64,000 nucleotides of DNA from an uncultured Gemmatimonadales bacterium (lineage in GTDB: Bacteria > Gemmatimonadota > Gemmatimonadetes > Longimicrobiales > Gaopeijiaceae): positions 2,048,001 to 2,112,000 of the forward strand of contig CAWELD010000003.1 in assembly GCA_963809895.1 (NCBI GenBank). The letters are read 5' to 3'. Below are positions 57,779 through 64,000 of this stretch, piece by piece (positions within the stretch are counted from its first letter, which is position 1; every line of letters begins with the position of its first letter). The translations under genes and the position numbers were made by a program. The notes beneath the pieces were generated by a model. The model did not search any database, was not told the origin of the DNA, and worked only from the letters and a program-made list of their open reading frames with translations.

Positions 57779-57825
57779 GGCTCGAACCTCCCGAAAACAC
57801 GCCCTTGGATTCCTGCGGGGTCCAT

Positions 57826-57855
57826 AACTTACCTCTCGGGCGGGGGAAGGATCAA
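57826..57855 (-). promoter_or_regulatory. Candidate sigma-70 promoter for yebC-ruvCAB
   Basis: TTGATC-N18-TAAGTT on the minus strand. Confidence 0.4.
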
Positions 57856-58742
57856 TCGCCACCGCCGGAGTCGAGAAGCCCCGAGAAGCAGGGTTTTCCG
57901 GCCAGCGCCTCGTCCAGCCCGTCCAGGTCGAAGACATGGGCCTGTGGGGCGCCGGCCGTGGGGCGCAGGATGACCTCGAGCCGCCGAGCGCCGAGGGCGG
58001 CCACGGTGAGACGCTCGAGATCCGCGTCCGGCACCACCGCGGCGTCGGACGGGCCCGACGACACTCCCCACACCCCGTCGCTCCAGGCACCACCGTCCAG
58101 TCGCAGGCGAACCGCCACATGGTCTCCCCCGAGACTGGCCCCCGTGCCCAGCGTCAGGTAGCGGCGGCCGCTTTGACCACACGCCCAGCTCAGAATGGCG
58201 GGCGTGTCACGAGCGAAGACCGCCGCATAGCCGACGCCTGGTTCCTCGTCGTCGGATACGGCGAAGTTCCCGACACGCGCCTGACCCGCCCGCAGCGCGA
58301 AGTGGGTCAACAGCGAGTCGGGAACCGCCTGGGCGGAGGCCAACGTCAGCCGCAGGATGGGCTCCTTCCGCACCGGCGCCACCCAGGTGCCCACGTATCC
58401 ATCTCCGGTGGCGTCGAAGGCGTGGAAGCGCAGTCCTTCCGGAAACGCCACGAGCTGGTGAGGCAGCGGGGCCTGCACCCACTGTCCGGGCGCGATCCGG
58501 GCGACGCGGGTGTGGTGGAAGCACCGGTCCAGGAAGACCGTGAGCGTGTCCGAGGTGGGATTCTCCAGGCGCACCCGCACGGGCCGCACCTGGCCGTCCC
58601 GCAGCAGGAGGGGCGGCGGGCACCGGTCCATGGTACCCCCCGCGGGCGTGGGTGTCTGGGGCGGTCGGGGTCCACCGCACGCGGCGACCAGGACGGCGCT
58701 CAGAGCGGCCAGTAGACGCCGGCGAGGCGACAGAAGGGGCAT
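57852..58742 (-). CDS. Hypothetical lipoprotein
   Basis: Basic N-terminus, hydrophobic stretch and lipobox VAAC; fills the gap between yebC and the EF-G paralogue; no family recognised. Confidence 0.6.
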   Translation of the reverse strand: MPLLSPRRRLLAALSAVLVAACGGPRPPQTPTPAGGTMDRCPPPLLLRDGQVRPVRVRLENPTSDTLTVFLDRCFHHTRVARIAPGQWVQAPLPHQLVAFPEGLRFHAFDATGDGYVGTWVAPVRKEPILRLTLASAQAVPDSLLTHFALRAGQARVGNFAVSDDEEPGVGYAAVFARDTPAILSWACGQSGRRYLTLGTGASLGGDHVAVRLRLDGGAWSDGVWGVSSGPSDAAVVPDADLERLTVAALGARRLEVILRPTAGAPQAHVFDLDGLDEALAGKPCFSGLLDSGGGD

Positions 58743-58760
58743 GAAGGGCTCCGGACAGGA

Positions 58761-58780
58761 TGTTCTACAACTGTAGCACA
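58761..58780. promoter_or_regulatory. Palindrome with a TACA-NN-TGTA core (BlaI/MecI/CopY-type operator candidate)
   Basis: TGTTCTACAACTGTAGCACA, about 20 nt upstream of the lipoprotein start. Confidence 0.5.
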
Positions 58781-58838
58781 TCGTCCGTACGCGTACGAGG
58801 CCCCGCACCTTTCAGCCCCGTCCGGCGCCCGGCGCCGG

Positions 58839-60941
58839 TCAGTGCTCCTGGGACTCCTCGTCCTGTCGGGCCGCGACGATCTTCGACGCCTCGTGATCGG
58901 GCACGTACTCGTAGCCCATGAAGCGCCTGGCGTGGTGTGCACGCCCCTGCGTCATGGAGCGCAGCGCGGCGGCATAGCGGTACAGTTCCGCCTCCGGGAC
59001 CTGGGCCTTGATGGTGGCGCGTCCGTCCTGCGAGTCCATGCCCAGGACCCGGCCACGACGCTGGTTGATGTCGCCCATGACGTCGCCCATGAACTCCTCG
59101 GGGGTGGTGATCTCCACCTCCATGATGGGCTCCAGGATCTTGGGGCGCGCCTGGTTCGCCACCTTCTGGAAGGCCATGGACCCCGCCACCTTGAAGGCGA
59201 TGTCCGAGGAGTCCACGGAGTGGTAGGACCCGTCGTAGACCTCCGCCGCGAAGTCGACCACCGGATACCCGGCGATCAGTCCACGCTCGGCAGCCTCCTG
59301 AATCCCCCGATCCACCGAGGGCACGTACTTGCCGGGAATCACGCCCCCCTTGATGGAGTCCTGGAACTCGTACCCGCTGCCCCGGGGCAGCGGCTTGAGG
59401 CGAACCCAGCAGTCGCCGAACTGGCCCCGGCCGCCCGTCTGCTTCTTGTAGCGTCCCTGTCCCTCGGCGCTGGCCGTGATGGTCTCCCGGTACGCGATGC
59501 GCGGCTGCTCCGTCTCCACCGAGACGTTGTACTTACGCTTGAGGCGCTCGATCTGCACGTCGAGGTGCTGCTCGCCCAGCCCCCGGGCGATGGTCTGGTG
59601 CAGCTCGGGGTGGAAGTCCGCGTGGAAGGTGGGATCCTCCTCGTGGAGCTTGGGCAGCACCTCGCCCAGCTTGTCGTCGTCGTTGCGCGTGCTGCCCTTG
59701 ATAGCCACGGAAATGTCGGGCCGGGGGAACTGGATTCCCTCGAGGGCCAGGGGCCGGGACGACGAGCACAGCGTGTCGTTGGTGTGGGTGTGGCGGAGCT
59801 TGGCCACGACACCGATGTCACCGGCGTGGAGGCGATTGACCTCGTGGCGGTCCTTTCCCAGCGGAATCGACAGGTGGTTGAGCTTTTCCGTGGCGTTGGC
59901 CGACGCGTTCACGACCTCGGCGCCGTTGGTCACCGATCCGGAGAAGATGCGGAAATACGAGAGCTCGCCCACGTGGGGCTCCGTGGTGGTCTTGAAGACC
60001 AGGGCCGCCAGAGGACCGCCGTCCTCGCAGTGCAGCTCCAGCGTCTCCTCGAGCCCCACGCGCCGGGCGGTCTCGCCGCCGGCCTCGGCCGGGCTCGGAA
60101 ACAGCTCCACCATCTTCTTGAGGAGCGCGCGCATGCCGTAGGTGTTGATGGCCGAGCCGCAAAACAACGGCACGAACTCTCCCCGGGCCATGCCCCTCGC
60201 CATGGCTTCCACGGCCTCCTCGCGGGAGATGTGCCCACCCTCGAGGTAGTGCTCGAGCAGGGTCTCGTCGGTGGTGGCCAGCGTCTCCTGAAGCTCGGTC
60301 TCCCATTCGTCGAATCGGCCCTGGAGCTCCTCCGGGATGTCACCCTCCTCGTACTCCCCGGCCTTGGAGCCCGCCTTGTACAGGTGAGCCCGCTCGCTGA
60401 AGAGGTTGATGATGCCGTGGAAGTCGGGGCCCTGGCCGATGGGGATCTCCACCGGGATCACCTTCTCGGTGAGGCGCGCCTTGATGTCCTGGTAGACGCT
60501 CTCGAAGTCGGCGTTCTCCTTGTCCATCATGGACACGAAGATCATGCGAGGCAGAGCGCGCGCCTCGCAGTATTCCCACACCTTCTCCGTTCCCACCTCG
60601 ACGCCCGACGTGGAGGCCACGACGACGAGTCCGGCGTCGGCCACCCGCACGGCGGACAGCGTCTCACCGGTGAAGTCCAGGTATCCCGGCGTGTCCAGCA
60701 GGTTGATCTTGGTGCCCTCCCACTCGGCGTACGCCGGCGTGAGCTGGATGGAAATCCCACGGGAGATCTCTTCGGGTGCGTGCATGGTGAGGGCCTGTCC
60801 CTCGTCCACGCTCCCGTGGCGCCGCGACGTTCCCGCCACGAAACACAGTGCGTCCACGAGGCTCGTCTTGCCCGAACCGCCGTGGCCCAGGACAGCCACA
60901 TTCCGGATTGCCTCCGTGGAATATTCCTTCGCCGACGCCAT
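58839..60941 (-). CDS. Elongation factor G paralogue (EF-G2-like)
   Basis: Full EF-G architecture (GHGGSGKT, RGISI, DTPGY, KKQTGGRGQFG, DGSYHSVDSS) with non-canonical G motifs; not located in a str operon. Confidence 0.92.
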   Translation of the reverse strand: MASAKEYSTEAIRNVAVLGHGGSGKTSLVDALCFVAGTSRRHGSVDEGQALTMHAPEEISRGISIQLTPAYAEWEGTKINLLDTPGYLDFTGETLSAVRVADAGLVVVASTSGVEVGTEKVWEYCEARALPRMIFVSMMDKENADFESVYQDIKARLTEKVIPVEIPIGQGPDFHGIINLFSERAHLYKAGSKAGEYEEGDIPEELQGRFDEWETELQETLATTDETLLEHYLEGGHISREEAVEAMARGMARGEFVPLFCGSAINTYGMRALLKKMVELFPSPAEAGGETARRVGLEETLELHCEDGGPLAALVFKTTTEPHVGELSYFRIFSGSVTNGAEVVNASANATEKLNHLSIPLGKDRHEVNRLHAGDIGVVAKLRHTHTNDTLCSSSRPLALEGIQFPRPDISVAIKGSTRNDDDKLGEVLPKLHEEDPTFHADFHPELHQTIARGLGEQHLDVQIERLKRKYNVSVETEQPRIAYRETITASAEGQGRYKKQTGGRGQFGDCWVRLKPLPRGSGYEFQDSIKGGVIPGKYVPSVDRGIQEAAERGLIAGYPVVDFAAEVYDGSYHSVDSSDIAFKVAGSMAFQKVANQARPKILEPIMEVEITTPEEFMGDVMGDINQRRGRVLGMDSQDGRATIKAQVPEAELYRYAAALRSMTQGRAHHARRFMGYEYVPDHEASKIVAARQDEESQEH

Positions 60942-61000
60942 GCAACCTCCTATCGCTCAATGCGTGCTGGTTTCAGGGATCACCGGGGGGAGGGGCCGGT

Positions 61001-61030
61001 AGGATAGAGGCCCGGTGACGACATGGTCAA
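61001..61030 (-). promoter_or_regulatory. Candidate sigma-70 promoter for the EF-G paralogue
   Basis: TTGACC-N18-TATCCT on the minus strand. Confidence 0.45.
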
Positions 61031-61037
61031 GCATGTG

Positions 61038-61071
61038 AAACGGGGACCGGAGTGCGCTCCGATCCCCGTTT
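61038..61071 (-). terminator. Intrinsic terminator-like hairpin after the S46 peptidase gene
   Basis: Minus strand AAACGGGGATCGGAG-CGCA-CTCCGGTCCCCGTTT. Confidence 0.65.
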
Positions 61072-61091
61072 GGACTTCGGTCACGGCCCGC

Positions 61092-63410
61092 TCAGCGGCG
61101 GGCCCGGTCCGCCTCCGCTTCGGTGGAGTAGAGCGTTCCGTCCACCACCTCCGCCACCAGGCGATCCATGTCGTAGGCGGTGTCGAGGGCGGCCAGGATC
61201 CCACGGGAATCCACGGCCACCGAACGGTTCAACTCCGGCAGATAGATGTAGTCTCCGGGCAGGCTCTCGATGTTACCGTCGAAGACCAGGCCCACGAGCT
61301 TCAGGTCCTTGCTCAGGACCGGTGAGCCCGAGTTGCCGCCGATGATGTCCGCGGTGGACACGAAATCGAGGGGCGTGGACAGATCCAGTCCCTCGGGCGG
61401 GGTGGCCCAGCGCGGCGGCAGGGCCCAGGGCGAGTCCTCGTCGTCTCCGTACATGTGCTGGAACGAGAAGTGGCGGTCGTACATGCCGTAGAAGGTGGTC
61501 ACGATGGGCGCCTCGGTCCCGTTGTACGGGTATCCCTTCACGACACCGTCGGCGATGCGCAACGAGAAGGTGGCGTCGGGCGGCAGGTCGGTGCCGTACA
61601 CCTCGAAGCGCGCGCGACCCAGCTTGGCCGCGACCTCCGTCTCCCTCTGGGTCAGCCCGGAGATCCCCTGCTGGAAGCGCGCGAACGTGGGCACGTAGAA
61701 GCCCACCAGGCGAATGGCGGCATCGTTCACGTCGAGGGTGCCGCGGCGCACCGCCTCGACGGCCGACGCCGAATCGGACAGGACCGACTGGTCGTGAATC
61801 GCGGCGGCGGCGCCTTCGGGCGTGCGCCCGCGCAGAATGTTGCGGACCCAGTTGGCGTCTTCACCGTAGGCGTCGATGAAGTCCTGGATGCGGGCCTCGA
61901 TGAGGAGCTGATCCAGCACGTCGGGCTGGTTCTTCACCGCTTCGAGCTGGTCCATGAGGCCCGCCGTGGCCGACTCGGGGGCACCGTTCTGGCGCGCATT
62001 GACGATCTGGAAGGCCAGCAGGGCCCGATAGAGGGTGGCCGATGCGTAATCGCCACTGGTGAGGGCGAGGAACGCGTCGAATCCGGGACCCAGGGCGCGC
62101 TTCTGTTGCTGGATCTGCGCCATCTCGTCCATGAGCCCGCCGTACTGTTGGGCCAGCGCCGGATCCGCCTGGATCGCCTCCCGGAACTGCTCGTCGGTGT
62201 CGCGCCGCCGGGCCAGGATCACCGGGTCGCGGAGCCCCTCGAGCTGGCCCTGATAGGCCTTCTCGGAATTGCGCAGCCCGAAGAGGGTGTTGCGCAGGTC
62301 GTAGCGCTCGGCTTCATCGGGGAAGGCGTCGATGAACTCCTGGAAGACCTCCGCCCGGCTCTTGAGAAACTCCAGCACGCCCTTGTCGCCCACATCGCGC
62401 CGGAATTCGAGCTCCGCCACCGTCTGGAGTCGGGACGTGGAGCCCGGATTGCCGACGATGAAGATGGGCTCACCCTGCGACACGCCGTCGGGATCGAAGG
62501 GAAAGTAGTTCGGCGTGTCCAGCGGCTGGCCGTCGTCACCGTAGATGCGGAAGAAGGAGAAATCGAGGTTGTAGCGAGGATACGTGAAGTTGTCCGGATC
62601 CCCGCCGTAGAAGCCGATCTGGAGCTCGGGCACCATGACCAGCTTGGCGTTGGTGTAGCGCTTGAAGACGTACGCCGAATAGAGGCCGCCGTTGTAGAGG
62701 CTGATGACCTCGACCTGGATGCCGGCGTCCTCCCCGCCCCGCGCCTCGGCCAGGCGGTTCTGGATGTCGTCGGTGGCGCTCTGGAGCGCCTGGGCCCGGT
62801 CCTGACCGGTCTTGTCGCCCACCTTGGACTCCACCTCGGCGGTGACGTCGACGATGGCGATGAGCTGGTCGGCGTGGAAGTCCTCCACCGGCCGCTCTTC
62901 GTCGAGGCTGTGGGCGTAGAAGCCGTTGTCCAGCACGTCCTCGCCCTCCTCGGCCGAGGCCGTGGCGAACTCGCGGGCGCAGTGGTGGTTGGTGAGCAGC
63001 AGCCCGTGGGGCGAGACGAACGACGCCGAGCAACCCTCGATGCGGAGCGCGCCCAGCCGCGCGTGGGCGAACCAGGCGCTGTCGGGCTCGAAGCCGTAGG
63101 TGTCGGCGAAATACTGCGTGGGCGGATACTCGAAGGTCCACATCTTGCCCTGGTCGAAGCGCCCGGCGTGCACCGTGTCCAGGTCCACACCGTAGAGCTG
63201 CATGGGAGCCTCGACCACGCCTCCCGGTGACTCGTCGGTGCGGACGGTCTCGGGAGGAGTGGCGCTCTGCGCGGGCTCGGCCGGTGCGGGCCGGGGTGCC
63301 GGCGGTGGCGCGGGCTCCGGGCTGCCGCCGCAGGACAGGGCAGCGACCAGAAGGGGAAGCAGGGCGCGCCGCGAGCGGCCGCCGACGATATGGGCGAGGG
63401 AGCGGATCAT
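61092..63410 (-). CDS. S46-family dipeptidyl peptidase, predicted lipoprotein
   Basis: GKMWTF, TNHHC, GGDPDNF, PDATFSLR and DIIGGNSGSP; lipobox-like ALSC. Start re-called at 63410. Confidence 0.93.
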   Translation of the reverse strand: MIRSLAHIVGGRSRRALLPLLVAALSCGGSPEPAPPPAPRPAPAEPAQSATPPETVRTDESPGGVVEAPMQLYGVDLDTVHAGRFDQGKMWTFEYPPTQYFADTYGFEPDSAWFAHARLGALRIEGCSASFVSPHGLLLTNHHCAREFATASAEEGEDVLDNGFYAHSLDEERPVEDFHADQLIAIVDVTAEVESKVGDKTGQDRAQALQSATDDIQNRLAEARGGEDAGIQVEVISLYNGGLYSAYVFKRYTNAKLVMVPELQIGFYGGDPDNFTYPRYNLDFSFFRIYGDDGQPLDTPNYFPFDPDGVSQGEPIFIVGNPGSTSRLQTVAELEFRRDVGDKGVLEFLKSRAEVFQEFIDAFPDEAERYDLRNTLFGLRNSEKAYQGQLEGLRDPVILARRRDTDEQFREAIQADPALAQQYGGLMDEMAQIQQQKRALGPGFDAFLALTSGDYASATLYRALLAFQIVNARQNGAPESATAGLMDQLEAVKNQPDVLDQLLIEARIQDFIDAYGEDANWVRNILRGRTPEGAAAAIHDQSVLSDSASAVEAVRRGTLDVNDAAIRLVGFYVPTFARFQQGISGLTQRETEVAAKLGRARFEVYGTDLPPDATFSLRIADGVVKGYPYNGTEAPIVTTFYGMYDRHFSFQHMYGDDEDSPWALPPRWATPPEGLDLSTPLDFVSTADIIGGNSGSPVLSKDLKLVGLVFDGNIESLPGDYIYLPELNRSVAVDSRGILAALDTAYDMDRLVAEVVDGTLYSTEAEADRARR

Positions 63411-63558
63411 AGGGTTCGGTCTCTCGGATTCCGGGTCCCGGCGCCCCGTGCGCCAGGACCCTCTGAAGGTGGCGGGTTCACCCCCTGAAATACAGTGGCA
63501 GCGGGCAGGAGATCCGCCCGCCGCCCCTCCTTCACCTTCGAGGCACACCGCCTTCGGG

Positions 63559-63774
63559 TTATCCGCCGTTGGCCGGGGTCATGCGGTCCTTGTGGATTCC
63601 CGTGGCCCGCAGGATGTCTTCCATGAGGCACCAGCGCGTGAACGAGGACTGGATCAGGTTCAGGCCCACGAAGGCGGTGAACAGGTACCACCAGGGACTG
63701 ACCCAGTGCCCCAGCGCGAGACTGGCCAGGATGAAGGTCCCGGCAATCATCCGGATCTTGGCTTCCATGGTCAT
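63559..63774 (-). CDS. DUF2892 (YgaP-like) membrane protein
   Basis: IRMIAG, FTAFVGLNLIQSSFTRWC motifs. Confidence 0.85.
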   Translation of the reverse strand: MTMEAKIRMIAGTFILASLALGHWVSPWWYLFTAFVGLNLIQSSFTRWCLMEDILRATGIHKDRMTPANGG

Positions 63775-64000
63775 GTTTCGTTCTCCGAGTGCTGATTCTC
63801 GGGCGCGTCTTCGTCCGGGGACCGGGAGTCCACGGTGCGCTCGATGTCGAGTTGAACCGCGTGGACCGGGTGGCGCGGGTCGGCCAACCCGTCCAGGGTC
63901 TCCACCGCGTCCATGAGGGCCGCGGCCCGGTCCTCGGGGACCAGGGTGAACGCCATGCGCGACCGGTAGGGCGACACGGCGCCGTACCAGCCGGCGAGCC
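63771..64000 (-). CDS. Partial hypothetical protein (5' end outside the window), possibly P-II-like
   Basis: Frame is open to the window edge (LAGWYGAVSPYRSRMAFTLVPEDRAAALMDAV); the stop overlaps the DUF2892 start. Confidence 0.45.
   Translation of the reverse strand, partial: LAGWYGAVSPYRSRMAFTLVPEDRAAALMDAVETLDGLADPRHPVHAVQLDIERTVDSRSPDEDAPENQHSENET

Overview
High-GC bacterial chromosomal window. Gene content and order suggest Gemmatimonadota, but that is inference only. Most of it is densely packed housekeeping DNA: trpS, suhB and a small heat-shock protein; a PadR plus ADOP-type permease pair; asd-lysC-dapB-dapA-dapD; a putative peptidoglycan-sugar salvage cluster (NamZ, NagZ, serine hydrolase, two sodium:solute symporters, BadF-type kinase); pspA and uvrA; tamA/tamB; lgt and tsaD; the def-fmt-thiE-thiS-thiG-rsmB-PASTA run; queA/tgt/yajC; yebC-ruvCAB; an EF-G paralogue; and an S46 peptidase. 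Two segments look accessory. The first is about 5.87-9.42 kb: a lower-GC block with an ECF sigma factor and a multiply frameshifted subtilase, degrading into ORF-less and then cytosine-free sequence that is probably partly an assembly artefact. The second is a DUF222/HNH endonuclease gene whose coding region and hairpin-rich upstream region share a 16-bp palindrome; this is the best candidate for an undescribed element. Several single-base frameshifts at base runs suggest an imperfectly polished long-read assembly. No rRNA, tRNA or CRISPR array was found. All calls are by eye from motifs; no database searches were run.
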